DNA of 64,000 nucleotides, from positions 112,062 through 176,061 of the IMG/VR virus record IMGVR_UViG_3300001199_000002; one strand, written 5' to 3'. Made by a program: the position numbers and the translations under genes. The stretch comes from a virus (taxonomy: Duplodnaviria; Heunggongvirae; Uroviricota; Caudoviricetes). The notes below the pieces were generated by a model that saw nothing but the letters and a program-made list of their open reading frames with translations, was not told the origin of the DNA and ran no database searches. Every line of letters begins with the position of its first letter. The first letter of the stretch is position 1. Shown here one piece after another: positions 9,644 through 19,902 of this stretch.

Positions 9644-10397
9644 ACTAGCAGTTGAACAGCCAGTTCTTCCAAATGGTGTTGAGGCACAAAGCGCAGTCGC
9701 GCCACCAACAGAAGCACCAATTGTTACGCCAGACCTCGACACCGAGGATTGGTATTCGAAACTTAAGGAAGATGAGTTGTTTAATGGACCGGAAGGTCCG
9801 GCTCCTCGCCTACATGGTTTGCGCCGACTAGCACGTCCGTTCGTCAAGTGCGAACGCAGCCAAGTTAATGCGCTAATTGTAGTTCCTCGCCAAGTTAAGC
9901 AGACGCTTGAACATAAGAATGGCGATGGCAACCTTATGTCAACTAACGAAGTCATCTGTAATCAGAACTTCCCAATGGCGTCCGTAACGTTCTATATTGA
10001 ACTTAAGGATGGTCGCGTATTCTCTGATAGTGCAGACGCATACTACCTTAGTTGCAACGAGTTGGGATTGTTCCCAACGGCTGTAGCTTCCGCAAGAGCA
10101 GAGGCACGAGCCCTGCGAAAGGTTCTCGGTATCCGTCAGCACGCCGCTGAAGAGATTACTGAGAAGGATGCTGGCGAAGAACTAGCACCAGATGACAATA
10201 GTCCAATCAAGCCTGAGCAAGCGAAGTTGATCGAGCGAATGCTTGGTCAAGAAATTACGCTTAAGGATGCATTGGCCAATGTAACGACTAGAGAAGTCTT
10301 TACGATAGAAGACCTAACAACCGGCGAAGCTCGCAAGACGCTACGCGCTCTGAACGATTTGAAGAAGAAGAAGCCTAAGAAGGAGGCAAAGAAGTGA
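9573..10397 (+). CDS. Hypothetical protein (true start probably internal)
   Basis: ORF overlaps the upstream gene by 70 nt. Confidence 0.4.
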   Translation: MTESNKQSRRSKQMVEHQSGTLSELAVEQPVLPNGVEAQSAVAPPTEAPIVTPDLDTEDWYSKLKEDELFNGPEGPAPRLHGLRRLARPFVKCERSQVNALIVVPRQVKQTLEHKNGDGNLMSTNEVICNQNFPMASVTFYIELKDGRVFSDSADAYYLSCNELGLFPTAVASARAEARALRKVLGIRQHAAEEITEKDAGEELAPDDNSPIKPEQAKLIERMLGQEITLKDALANVTTREVFTIEDLTTGEARKTLRALNDLKKKKPKKEAKK

Positions 10398-10900
10398 ACT
10401 CTCAAGATACCAAGAAGCAATTCAAAAGCAAGCCATACTACAATATCTACAAGCCTCTCACTAAGGAAGGCGCTGGCGCTGCGCTACAGTTCTCTTACGA
10501 TGCAACCAAGCAGTCCGTATATCTCGAAGCCGCTCGCCAGAAGGGAGCGAAGCTTGAGATCGGAAGCAAGGAACAGTTTGACTGGGAGAATAAGATTGTA
10601 TTCAAGCTAGGTGTAACTGATGTTGGACAACTATCACTGTTGTTCACCGGCAAGAAGCTTGAAGTCAAATGTATCCACAAGCCACCGGATGGTAAGCATA
10701 CATCTGTTCTTGAGATTCGCAAGCAGACTGGTGAGTATGATAACTACGGTCTAAAGCTGAGCAAGACAGAAAAGGGCGAAGAGGGTAACGTTACAAACAG
10801 CGTTGCGCTCTATGTAGACCATCACGAGCTACAGATCCTATCTCACTTCTTTCGCGAAGCACTAACGCGGATGTTGGGATTCAATGATCTGGCCTCTTAA
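10394..10900 (+). CDS. Hypothetical protein
   Basis: ORF. Confidence 0.45.
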   Translation: MNSQDTKKQFKSKPYYNIYKPLTKEGAGAALQFSYDATKQSVYLEAARQKGAKLEIGSKEQFDWENKIVFKLGVTDVGQLSLLFTGKKLEVKCIHKPPDGKHTSVLEIRKQTGEYDNYGLKLSKTEKGEEGNVTNSVALYVDHHELQILSHFFREALTRMLGFNDLAS

Positions 10901-11336
10901 GCCAAAACTGATCTGGCATCTGCCAGAGGATAAGAAGGAACTACTCCCTACGAAAGGAACGCCTGATGCAATGGCTTACGACCTAAAGTCGCCAAGTCAT
11001 GAAACGATTCCTCCGCGTAGTTCTATCCTCATCAATACGCTAGTTGCGGTTACGATCCCAAAAGGATATGCTATCATTTTTGGATCAAGATCGGGTATGG
11101 CCGCAAATAGCAGGGTGACAGTTGAGGCTGGTTGGATCGATAGTGATTACCGAGGACTGCTTAAAGTCCTTCTATACAATCACGACGACAAGCCAGTAGA
11201 AATTCTGGCTGGACAGCGAGTTGCACAAGCCATGCTTGTCAAAACGCATACAGTAAGAGAACAAACGTCTTTCGCATATCCAGACACCAATGCTACCAAG
11301 CGTGGTGCTGGAGGATTTGGATCAACAGGAAAGTGA
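10884..11336 (+). CDS. dut: dUTP diphosphatase (dUTPase)
   Basis: GWIDSDYRGLL and FGSRSG motifs of trimeric dUTPase. Confidence 0.75.
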   Translation: MIWPLKPKLIWHLPEDKKELLPTKGTPDAMAYDLKSPSHETIPPRSSILINTLVAVTIPKGYAIIFGSRSGMAANSRVTVEAGWIDSDYRGLLKVLLYNHDDKPVEILAGQRVAQAMLVKTHTVREQTSFAYPDTNATKRGAGGFGSTGK

Positions 11337-11799
11337 GGAAGTTATGAGTCACGATGTTAAGCTACCGAATGATGCCTTCGATGCCATGAAGGGATGCGCA
11401 TCAGAACTACCACCAAGTCAGATTCGTCCCGCTGGGATGACTCGTCAGGAGTGGCGTCGTAAGCAACGAGAGGAAGTTAGTGTTGCTCTCGCCACCGCAC
11501 CAACACGCACTGGTGTCCGTAAGGATCCAATTCCAACGATCAAATTGGTAAAGTGTCCTAACTGTCAGAAGGATCGCCTCGGTAAGTATCTAGGTGAAGA
11601 TGGCCAGCCATTCCCAGTCTCTAGCGAGAAGGTGGATGTTCGTGGTAAGGAACGCTTCCTGGATATTTGTGGAACGTGCGCAATGAGATTCCGCGAAGAG
11701 GATACACGCTTCGTAATGGCAAACCTTAAGAAGATCCAAGAAGCTATGCGCGCTCGTAAGGACGGCACTAGCAACAAGGACTTCTCAATTGATCTCTAA
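11290..11799 (+). CDS. Hypothetical zinc-finger protein
   Basis: CPNCQ...CGTC Cys pairs. Confidence 0.4.
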   Translation: MLPSVVLEDLDQQESEEVMSHDVKLPNDAFDAMKGCASELPPSQIRPAGMTRQEWRRKQREEVSVALATAPTRTGVRKDPIPTIKLVKCPNCQKDRLGKYLGEDGQPFPVSSEKVDVRGKERFLDICGTCAMRFREEDTRFVMANLKKIQEAMRARKDGTSNKDFSIDL

Positions 11800-13039
11800 A
11801 CGTCATTCGTTCTGGTGGGACCAGACGGCTCCCGACTTCTGCTATCAATCACAACTACCAGGATATGCCGATGTTGTAATCATCGGCGCTGGTATTGCTG
11901 GACTTTCGACTGCCTATTGGCTTGCTCGATCAGTTAAGAAAGCAAAGAAGACGTTCCGTGTTCTGGTTCTTGAACAGGCACCACATCCAGCCTTTAAGGC
12001 TAGTGGAAGACATGGAGGCGCTGTCTATCTTGGCAGCAACAAGTCGCCAATCACGATTGCTCAAACTATTGGTGACGATAAGGCAGCCGCGCTGTATCGC
12101 TTTAGCAAAGAGAACAATAACATGCTCTTCAATTTGCTAGGTGGTGGATTGCAGTGTGGGCTAGAGGATAACGGTGGATTGCGAATGGCAACTACCGCTA
12201 AAGAAGTTGTTGAGCTAGATGATAGCCAAGAGTTCTTACGAACTAGAGTCGGCATTACTAGCACGCGCTTTGATCAGAAACAAACACAACATCTTGTCAC
12301 AGCACCATTAGTTAATGGATCTCTATTCGTGCCTTTTGAGGGCATGATGGATCCATTTGCGTTTTGTAACAATCTATCACGACTGTTAAGAAATGCTGGT
12401 GGTGTCTCAGTTGTGTATGGTGCTTCGGTGTGTGACTCTGGATTGAATGAAGATGGAACTTACGTTAGACTAAGCAATGGTCACGTTATCCATGCCGGTG
12501 CTATTGTTCACGCAACAACAAAAACTTGTCAATGGAAAGAACTCTTCAAACACATAGTGTATAAGAGAGAACATGTTATTCGAACAACTCCATTCGGAGA
12601 AGACCTTGATGACATGGCGCTGCCACTCATGCCAATTGAAATTGGCACATCTAACGACTCAGCGAGACTTACGGGAAGATCGCTGATGATAACCGGAGGA
12701 AAATCTGGTCTAAAGAAGGATGTAGAAATGGGTGTGCTAGATGATAGCGACTACAACAAACGTATTTTCGACAACCTGAATGCGGAGATGCTATCGCAAC
12801 TTCCATTTACTAATCTTCTCGAACTTACTCACGTCTGGACTTACATCGAAACTAGTGCGAAAGACTTGCTACCAGTAATGGGACCACTCAAAGAGCTTCC
12901 CGGTCATTACCTAAACGTAGCTCATGGACGCAACAAGCTAGGCTTGGCGTTCCTCGGCGGAAAGAATATCGCAGAGTCTATCCTTGGTTCAAAAGTCAGC
13001 AACGAGGAGTTCGAAATTTTCTCACCAAATAGACTCTAA
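11789..13039 (+). CDS. FAD-dependent oxidoreductase (DAO family)
   Basis: VVIIGAGIAGLSTAYWLA dinucleotide-binding motif. Confidence 0.6.
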   Translation: MISKRHSFWWDQTAPDFCYQSQLPGYADVVIIGAGIAGLSTAYWLARSVKKAKKTFRVLVLEQAPHPAFKASGRHGGAVYLGSNKSPITIAQTIGDDKAAALYRFSKENNNMLFNLLGGGLQCGLEDNGGLRMATTAKEVVELDDSQEFLRTRVGITSTRFDQKQTQHLVTAPLVNGSLFVPFEGMMDPFAFCNNLSRLLRNAGGVSVVYGASVCDSGLNEDGTYVRLSNGHVIHAGAIVHATTKTCQWKELFKHIVYKREHVIRTTPFGEDLDDMALPLMPIEIGTSNDSARLTGRSLMITGGKSGLKKDVEMGVLDDSDYNKRIFDNLNAEMLSQLPFTNLLELTHVWTYIETSAKDLLPVMGPLKELPGHYLNVAHGRNKLGLAFLGGKNIAESILGSKVSNEEFEIFSPNRL

Positions 13040-13048
13040 GAGGCACGA

Positions 13049-15103
13049 ATGTTCCGACTGTCTGAAGGATTCCTTGCTCAGTTCAAGGGCAAACAACCAG
13101 CGTGGGGTTTTGGCGACCTAAGTTACGTTGTGTATAAGCGAAGTTACGCACGTCAGAAAGAAGACGGCAATCAAGAAGAGTTCTGGGAAACGGCTCAAAG
13201 AGTCGTAGAAGGAGTCTTCAACATTCAACTCAAGCACTGCCAACAGGTTGGCTTGCCTTGGAATGCTATGAAGGCACAGACATCTGCTCAAAAGATGTTT
13301 GCCAAGATTTGGGAGATGAAGTTCCTTCCACCTGGACGCGGATTATGGCTAATGGGCACGCCAGTCATCGAAAAGATTGGAAGTGCTGGCCTTAACAACT
13401 GTGGCTTCATCTCGACTAAAGAGATCCATAAGGATTTCTCTTATCCATTCTGCTGGTCGGCAGATATGCTTATGCTAGGTGTCGGTATTGGATTCGATAC
13501 TAAGGGTGCTGGAAAACTAACTATTCATGCACCAACCAAAGAAGAGACCACATTCGTCGTTCCCGACTCTCGCGAGGGTTGGGTTGACGCTATTCGCCAG
13601 CTATTAGAGTCGTACGCGAAGACGGGTCGGCACACCGTCCGGTTCGACTTTAGCCTAGTAAGAGGCCCTGGGCTGCCAATCAAGGGCTTCGGTGGCACGT
13701 CAAGTGGACCTGAGCCACTGCGCTCTGGCCTAGAATCGATTCGTTTACTGCTCGACGAAAACGCTGGCAAGCCGATTACGTCAGTAGTTATTACCGACAT
13801 CATGAATTTCATTGGCAAACTAGTTGTCAGTGGTAACGTTAGACGATCAGCCGAGATCGCTATTGGCGAAGTAGAAGACGTTGACTTCCTTCAAATGAAG
13901 GATTGGCGTCTGTTCCCCAATGAACTGAACGATCGGCGCTGGGCATCTAACAACTCAGTGTTTGTGAAATCCACAACGAACTTCGAAGAAGTCGTAAAGC
14001 GCACCATTGTAAATGGCGAGCCAGGATTTATCTTCCTTGAGAACGCGCGCCACTATGGCAGAGTTAAGGATGGTTGGAACGATGTCTCTAGCGACAAGTA
14101 TGATGATGTAGATGGCTTTAATCCCTGTGCGGAGCAAGGCTTGCGTCACGGTGAACTATGTTGTCTAGTTGAAACATTTCCCGCCAACCACGAAAGCGCA
14201 GAAGAATACTTGGATACACTCAAGTATGCATTTCTATACGCGAAGACTGTAACACTTGTGGCAACACATAGTCCGCTCACCAATCAGGTGATGTTGCAGA
14301 ATCGTCGTATCGGACTTAGCATGTCTGGTATTCAGCAGGCGATCAAGAAGTTTACCTTCGGCAAGTTTTTCACAGAGTTCTGTGATCAGGGTTATGAGAA
14401 GGTGCGTCACTGGGACAAAATCTATTCTAGATGGCTCGGTATCCCAACCTCTATCAAGGTTACTACTGTTAAGCCAAGCGGAAGTGTTTCGCTACTTGCT
14501 GGTGCTACGCCAGGAGTTCACTGCACACACGCACCATTCTATCTAAGAACGGTTCGTATGCCAGCGCTTGATCCTATGGTAGTCAAGCTACTGAACGCGG
14601 GATACCGCATCGAGGTAGAGTTGCGCGAAGTGGATAGACGAAAGGCAAGTGATATCGAAAATCACCTATTGCTTACGGCTGCGCTTCATGCGTCGGAAGG
14701 CTATCAGAAGTTTGGCGATCTAGGTGGTTCTGTTGTTGTCTACTTCCCAGTCAAGGAAGAGAACTTCACCAAGTCCAAGTTTGAGATTTCCCTATGGGAA
14801 CAGCTTTGCCTTGCGCGCGAACTACAAGATAAGTGGTCAGACAATTCGGTAAGTGTTACCGTAACCTTCAAGCCAGAAGAGGCTAAGGATCTGAAGAGCG
14901 CCATCGAATACATGGCACCTTACGTAAAGACACTCAGCTTCCTTCCACTAGAAGATCACAACTATGCACAGGCTCCATATCAGACGTGTTCGGAAAGTGA
15001 ACATAATGAATATGCACGTAGCTTGAAGAAGATCCGCCTTGGTTCTGTAAAGGGCAAGGAAGGTGGTAGTAAGTTCTGTACCAATGATTCGTGTGAAATA
15101 TGA
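13049..15103 (+). CDS. nrdJ: Ribonucleotide reductase, class II (monomeric, adenosylcobalamin-dependent, RTPR-like)
   Basis: NPCAEQ active-site Cys motif; LNNCGF; 684 aa; no separate small subunit seen. Confidence 0.65.
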   Translation: MFRLSEGFLAQFKGKQPAWGFGDLSYVVYKRSYARQKEDGNQEEFWETAQRVVEGVFNIQLKHCQQVGLPWNAMKAQTSAQKMFAKIWEMKFLPPGRGLWLMGTPVIEKIGSAGLNNCGFISTKEIHKDFSYPFCWSADMLMLGVGIGFDTKGAGKLTIHAPTKEETTFVVPDSREGWVDAIRQLLESYAKTGRHTVRFDFSLVRGPGLPIKGFGGTSSGPEPLRSGLESIRLLLDENAGKPITSVVITDIMNFIGKLVVSGNVRRSAEIAIGEVEDVDFLQMKDWRLFPNELNDRRWASNNSVFVKSTTNFEEVVKRTIVNGEPGFIFLENARHYGRVKDGWNDVSSDKYDDVDGFNPCAEQGLRHGELCCLVETFPANHESAEEYLDTLKYAFLYAKTVTLVATHSPLTNQVMLQNRRIGLSMSGIQQAIKKFTFGKFFTEFCDQGYEKVRHWDKIYSRWLGIPTSIKVTTVKPSGSVSLLAGATPGVHCTHAPFYLRTVRMPALDPMVVKLLNAGYRIEVELREVDRRKASDIENHLLLTAALHASEGYQKFGDLGGSVVVYFPVKEENFTKSKFEISLWEQLCLARELQDKWSDNSVSVTVTFKPEEAKDLKSAIEYMAPYVKTLSFLPLEDHNYAQAPYQTCSESEHNEYARSLKKIRLGSVKGKEGGSKFCTNDSCEI

Positions 15104-15549
15104 AACCTAATTGGGACCAGTATTTCATCTCGATCGCTAAAGTTGTATCAACTAGGTCTGAGTGTCTAAGGGCTAAGCATGGTGCCGTAATCGTAAGTGC
15201 TAGCAATAGGATACTCAGTACGGGATATAACAATCCTCCAGCAGGATTACCTGGATGTGAAGAGCTAGGTAAGTGTATAATTGTAGATAGACCTGGATAT
15301 GGTCCAAGTTGTCGCAATACAGTTCATGCCGAAATGAATGCTCTGTTTCACCTAGGTGGTAGGGCTGATGAAGCACACAAGCTGTATGTAACCGGCACTA
15401 CTTGCACAACTTGCCTAGAGCATATCTTGAAATTTGGCATTAAACACATCACCTGTGGACAACACTACAACAGCGATAAAGGGGCAGAAGAACGCGATAG
15501 TCTTCTAAAGACATTTGGCGCTACACTGACCTTCATGCAGGAGAATTGA
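15100..15549 (+). CDS. dCMP deaminase
   Basis: HAEMNAL ... CTTCLEHI zinc-binding CDA motifs. Confidence 0.8.
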   Translation: MKPNWDQYFISIAKVVSTRSECLRAKHGAVIVSASNRILSTGYNNPPAGLPGCEELGKCIIVDRPGYGPSCRNTVHAEMNALFHLGGRADEAHKLYVTGTTCTTCLEHILKFGIKHITCGQHYNSDKGAEERDSLLKTFGATLTFMQEN

Positions 15550-15550
15550 C

Positions 15551-17587
15551 ATGGTTAACGTTAACGTTCGGTTTCCCAACCTTTCACAAGCACCAAGAAC
15601 AGAGATAGCATATGCCGCTCTTCCTTTTGCACAAGGAGAGTGGAATGGTATAACTCCTCTTGTTCTAAGAGATGCGCAGGAACAGCTTGTTGATTCTCAT
15701 ATTGAACCACTTGGTGTTAGATGGCCCGATGGCTCTGTGAGATACGGAAAGCTACTAGCAAGAGTAAGTCTTGGTCCTAATGAAACCAAGCAAATGGTTG
15801 TAACTGAAGGAACGCCTCAGACTACTCCATTCATTGTACACGAAAGCCTTTTGGCTTCTGCTGGCAACATTGCAATGGCGCTACGCATTAAGGTAGATGG
15901 TCAGTGGACATCAACCAACCTTGTCAATAACCTACGTGTTCTAGAAGACAATCGTCTTCGAAAAGTAATTCGTTCGCGTGAGCGTATCGGCAACTTCGTT
16001 GTAGATGTCAAAGTATATCTGATGTCACAGCAACAACTTGTCAAGTTTGAATTGTCAGTAACTGGATCCAATCCAGCTAATACTCTCCTGATGTATCCAT
16101 TCGAGGAGATTCAACTTGTTGTAGATGGCAACTGCTATGCTAATATTAGAGGCGCGGCTCGCCGTGGTGTTACATCAATTGTGCCATACAAACAATTCAG
16201 ATTGATGGCTAACGATTATTTTGGCAATGGTCAAAAGCAGTCTTGGTATGGGGAAATTTTCCCACAACTTGATTTCAATAACATGGATCAGGTTTCAAAT
16301 GCAGTTTCTTCTGTCCAATACGTTCTTTATGGAATGTCTCCAGACTGGAAGAACAAGGATGCCTATGCTTCTCTAGGTGTAGTACAGCAACCAGATAATC
16401 CTAACGTCAATAATCATTGGACTCAACTAGTCCAAGAGTTCCATCAATACTACAACTTTGTAAACTCTCAAGGTGGACCATGGGATGATTACATGTTGGG
16501 TGTTACTGCCACTCCAGGACAAACCGGAGCCCAGGCAGACTTCGGCAATCTTGAAGCTGGTGCCGTTCTTCATATGGGCGCGGCAGAACTTCTAGATATG
16601 CTTTACTTCATGGCGACAGAAGAGACGAAGCGTCCTGGTCACTACTTTGAAGTTGATGGAAGAGAGGTAACATCAGCCGCACACCCAAACTGGGTAGCTT
16701 GGGCTGGTCAGACACACTGGCACACGGTGGTATCACCTGATCGTCTAGGAAAAACAGGACCAAACCTTGGTGGAAATCATCATGGTTGGTTTGGCAAAGA
16801 CGCAGAGCACTGGTCAAGCAACCTACTATCACTAGCATCTTTGATGACTGGTTCATATCTATTGCTAGATGAAGTAAATACAGAGATAGAACTCTATCTT
16901 GCCGAGCACACAATTCCAAGCATGAAGCCTGGATGGTCAACAAACGGTCGTGGAGCACCAAGAGCTTTTGGTAGAACTCATCATGCAATGTGTAACCACT
17001 ATCTACTTACTGGTCGTCAGGATCTAGTAACTAGAATGCTTGCTAGATTTACTGAATGTGTCCTGCCTAATTGGGATGGCGCTACACGCTCACCAGTTAG
17101 AAACTGGTCAAATCTAAGAGACGATCGTGTTCTTGGATCTACGACTGATGCGTGGGTTCCATGGAATGAATCTCTGGGATTCGTTGGTGCTGTTGCTCTA
17201 TACAACGTTACTCGAAACGTTGCAGTTAAAGAGATGCTTACAGCCTGGGGAAATACTATCCTAAACTATGGATGGCATGCTGACTTCGATGGATCTAGTA
17301 TCGTAAGTCTAAGCCATGGTGGTGGGGTTAGATGGTTTAATGATGGACATGCTCTAGTAGAGTCAGAGTATCACAATCCATCATATTATGTTCCTGCTGG
17401 TGGCGGTTTGATCCTATGGGGAGTCCAGGTGCTTGAGGTTATTAGAAACAACCCACAAGTCTTTGGAGAAGAAAACGCGAACAAAGCATCTATGTATGCA
17501 CAATACATGAGAGCACAGTATACTCCACAACCCAACGTTCCATTCTCGGAGTTCGGACAATGGCTAGCAATTAAGCTCATGCCATAA
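15551..17587 (+). CDS. Large hypothetical protein (678 aa)
   Basis: Long uninterrupted ORF; no motif I recognise. Confidence 0.5.
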   Translation: MVNVNVRFPNLSQAPRTEIAYAALPFAQGEWNGITPLVLRDAQEQLVDSHIEPLGVRWPDGSVRYGKLLARVSLGPNETKQMVVTEGTPQTTPFIVHESLLASAGNIAMALRIKVDGQWTSTNLVNNLRVLEDNRLRKVIRSRERIGNFVVDVKVYLMSQQQLVKFELSVTGSNPANTLLMYPFEEIQLVVDGNCYANIRGAARRGVTSIVPYKQFRLMANDYFGNGQKQSWYGEIFPQLDFNNMDQVSNAVSSVQYVLYGMSPDWKNKDAYASLGVVQQPDNPNVNNHWTQLVQEFHQYYNFVNSQGGPWDDYMLGVTATPGQTGAQADFGNLEAGAVLHMGAAELLDMLYFMATEETKRPGHYFEVDGREVTSAAHPNWVAWAGQTHWHTVVSPDRLGKTGPNLGGNHHGWFGKDAEHWSSNLLSLASLMTGSYLLLDEVNTEIELYLAEHTIPSMKPGWSTNGRGAPRAFGRTHHAMCNHYLLTGRQDLVTRMLARFTECVLPNWDGATRSPVRNWSNLRDDRVLGSTTDAWVPWNESLGFVGAVALYNVTRNVAVKEMLTAWGNTILNYGWHADFDGSSIVSLSHGGGVRWFNDGHALVESEYHNPSYYVPAGGGLILWGVQVLEVIRNNPQVFGEENANKASMYAQYMRAQYTPQPNVPFSEFGQWLAIKLMP

Positions 17588-17614
17588 GAATGGACGTGAA
17601 ACATCTAACAAGAC

Positions 17615-18451
17615 ATGATCGAAGCAAAGATTATCGCTGACTCAATCAGTCAAACAAACGCACGTCTCACCACCTTTCAACTTATCTATCCGCGAATGGT
17701 CCACGCGGAATTGATGACGCACCGTGTGTTCAGCAGGAACGCATCGAGTTCGCGCGCAATTCCCGTGGCCAAGATCATTCAGCAGGTAATCGATAATCCA
17801 GCCATGCCCGTTTACTGGGGAAAAAACCAGAAGGGCATGCAGGCTAGAGAGGAACTTACAGGTGAGGCGCTAGAAAAAGCCAAGCAAATTTGGCTAGCCG
17901 CACGAGATGCGGCGGTTGTGGAGGCTCGGAAGTTGGTTGAGATTGATCTGCATAAGCAGATCGCCAATCGTATCCTAGAGCCATGGCACCATATTCACGT
18001 CGTTGTAACCGCAACAGACTTTGACAACTTCTTTGCCCTCCGTTGTCACCCGGACGCGCAACCAGAAATCAAGATTCTTGCCGAACAGATGCGTGATTTG
18101 TTCTATACTAACAAACCAAAAGTAGCAGAGATCGGAATGTGGCACCTACCATATGTAGGATATGCGCCAATTCTTGTTCCACAAAATCAGGGTGAGATTA
18201 AGGCTTCTGTTGCTAGATGTGCTCGTGTATCTTATATGACTCACGACAATCAGAATCCTACCCTTGAAAAGGACATTGAGCTACACGATCAGTTGCTAGC
18301 GTCTGTTCATATGTCGCCCTTCGAACATCCTGCGACTCCAATGGTTGATCCTAGTCAGTACAGTGGAAACTTCCGTGGCTGGATTCAGTATCGCAAAACC
18401 ATTAAGGGTGAGTGTTACACAAACTATGTTAGACCAACCCAAAAGTCATGA
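17615..18451 (+). CDS. thyX: FAD-dependent thymidylate synthase ThyX
   Basis: RHRVFSRNASSSRAIP matches the RHRxxSxxxxSxR signature. Confidence 0.9.
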   Translation: MIEAKIIADSISQTNARLTTFQLIYPRMVHAELMTHRVFSRNASSSRAIPVAKIIQQVIDNPAMPVYWGKNQKGMQAREELTGEALEKAKQIWLAARDAAVVEARKLVEIDLHKQIANRILEPWHHIHVVVTATDFDNFFALRCHPDAQPEIKILAEQMRDLFYTNKPKVAEIGMWHLPYVGYAPILVPQNQGEIKASVARCARVSYMTHDNQNPTLEKDIELHDQLLASVHMSPFEHPATPMVDPSQYSGNFRGWIQYRKTIKGECYTNYVRPTQKS

Positions 18452-18914
18452 AGAAGTCCTAGCAGAATATCGCAGGGCTTTACATCGTGGAGAGGATGTT
18501 TTCGTAGATAAGATTCCTGTCTACGCGCTTGGAACGGCACAACCAGTTGCGCATGCAACAGTATCACTGCCAGTAGCTCCTCAGACAATTCCAATTGTCT
18601 CTGGTATGATCTCTGGTGTCTTTCTAAGTGGCCTCATGCCTATGAATGGATCACTATGGAATGAAGCAGCCGAAGACCAAGAACAAAGAAAAGAGAGGAT
18701 GTTGAAGATGGGAAACAAAGTTCTACGACATGTGAATGCGCACGAGACTGCTAGACTCGGAGAACTCTCTGATATCATTCGTAAAAGAATGCAATACCTT
18801 AGAGACTCTGCATCATTTACAAATGCACAATGGAAGGATTTCGCTGTACTTTCCGAGGCGCTCAACGAGATGATTGGAGATCCATATGATACAGAATCTA
18901 CTGAATCTGACTGA
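18426..18914 (+). CDS. Hypothetical protein
   Basis: ORF with in-frame ATG at 18426 (MLDQPKSHEE). Confidence 0.4.
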   Translation: MLDQPKSHEEVLAEYRRALHRGEDVFVDKIPVYALGTAQPVAHATVSLPVAPQTIPIVSGMISGVFLSGLMPMNGSLWNEAAEDQEQRKERMLKMGNKVLRHVNAHETARLGELSDIIRKRMQYLRDSASFTNAQWKDFAVLSEALNEMIGDPYDTESTESD

Positions 18915-19224
18915 AGTAGCAGCGTTGGAGATCAAAAGACTCGCTTCTCAAGCGAGCCAACTACCCAAAGTTAGATTGGCTTGTAGGGGCGGTGGATGTG
19001 CTGGCTATACTATCCACATGGACCTTACGTCTAACCCGCCCGATCCTGAGATGGATCTCCTCTACGAGAATCAGGGTGTGACGTTCGTAGTTGATTACAA
19101 GAGCGCTACGTTCTTTGACGGCGCTACACTTGACTTTGGTGGCACTATGCTAGACCGTGGTTTCAAGTGGACTTTTCCGCAAGCTCGCGGAGGGTGTGGC
19201 TGCGGTACGAGCTTTACCTTCTAG
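18886..19224 (+). CDS. IscA/HesB-family iron-sulfur cluster insertion protein
   Basis: C-terminal GGCGCGTSF motif; VRLACRGGGCAGY. Confidence 0.7.
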   Translation: MIQNLLNLTEVAALEIKRLASQASQLPKVRLACRGGGCAGYTIHMDLTSNPPDPEMDLLYENQGVTFVVDYKSATFFDGATLDFGGTMLDRGFKWTFPQARGGCGCGTSFTF

Positions 19225-19391
19225 GTAGCCTGTCCTTCTGAATCAGCCCTCTTTGGCTCTTCTTCATCGATTATCTCACATAGAGTTTCGATGCACTTAC
19301 TGAGCTTTTTGCCAGACTTTCCGTTGAGATTTTTGATCTCTTGGGCTAGGCGGGGCACTTCTGGCTTCTGATCTTTAGTTGGCTTGTTCAT
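19221..19391 (-). CDS. Small charged protein (56 aa), hypothetical
   Basis: ATG at 19389-19391; below the ORF-track cutoff. Confidence 0.25.
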   Translation of the reverse strand: MNKPTKDQKPEVPRLAQEIKNLNGKSGKKLSKCIETLCEIIDEEEPKRADSEGQAT

Positions 19392-19392
19392 A

Positions 19393-19638
19393 CTACAGTT
19401 CTCTTAGCTGCGAGATAAGCAAATTGATAAATGCAATCTCGCCTGCTGTAAGTGGTTGATTGACATTTGGTTGATCAATAGATAAACTAATTCTAGCTGT
19501 CAATGTTGTGATTAGAAGCTCAATGTCATTCCATCGAGGATCCTGTTGTGCTGCCTCAAGCGATCCGCTCACCCTTATCAACCTTTCTTTCATGCGAACA
19601 AGTCGCTCAAGTCTTCTTAGCCTTACATCTAGGTTCAT
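19393..19638 (-). CDS. Hypothetical protein
   Basis: ORF. Confidence 0.4.
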   Translation of the reverse strand: MNLDVRLRRLERLVRMKERLIRVSGSLEAAQQDPRWNDIELLITTLTARISLSIDQPNVNQPLTAGEIAFINLLISQLREL

Positions 19639-19901
19639 GATCGTTTGTCCTTGATGGTTTCCTTTAGTTGACGAAGCTGTTCTGCCAACTTATTGACAGC
19701 CTGAGACATCTTCTCATCTGTATGGTTTTTGCTAACTAGTGCGGAAGTAACCTCTGTTACCAACTCGATCAACGATTCGTTATACTCTTTTTCACGAGCA
19801 TAAGATTTGCTATCCTTTTTGATATAGGACTTCCATAGCATAACTAGAATTGGTACCGTAATACCAAGCTGTGCTAGTTGCATTATTTCTGTTGCGCCCA
19901 T
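19635..19901 (-). CDS. Hypothetical small protein, N-terminal hydrophobic segment
   Basis: ORF. Confidence 0.4.
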   Translation of the reverse strand: MGATEIMQLAQLGITVPILVMLWKSYIKKDSKSYAREKEYNESLIELVTEVTSALVSKNHTDEKMSQAVNKLAEQLRQLKETIKDKRS

Positions 19902-19902
19902 A

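Noticed and set aside
13525-13818. 97-aa minus-strand ORF inside the RNR gene
   Set aside because: Antisense to a strongly supported long CDS. This is a typical shadow ORF, as are 21413..21622 and 21905..22216 inside the tail fibre and 38577..38945 inside the RNA ligase.
19225-19392. Convergent-transcription terminator between the + and - blocks
   Set aside because: No convincing GC-rich stem followed by a U-run on either strand. The region instead holds a possible 56-aa minus-strand ORF.
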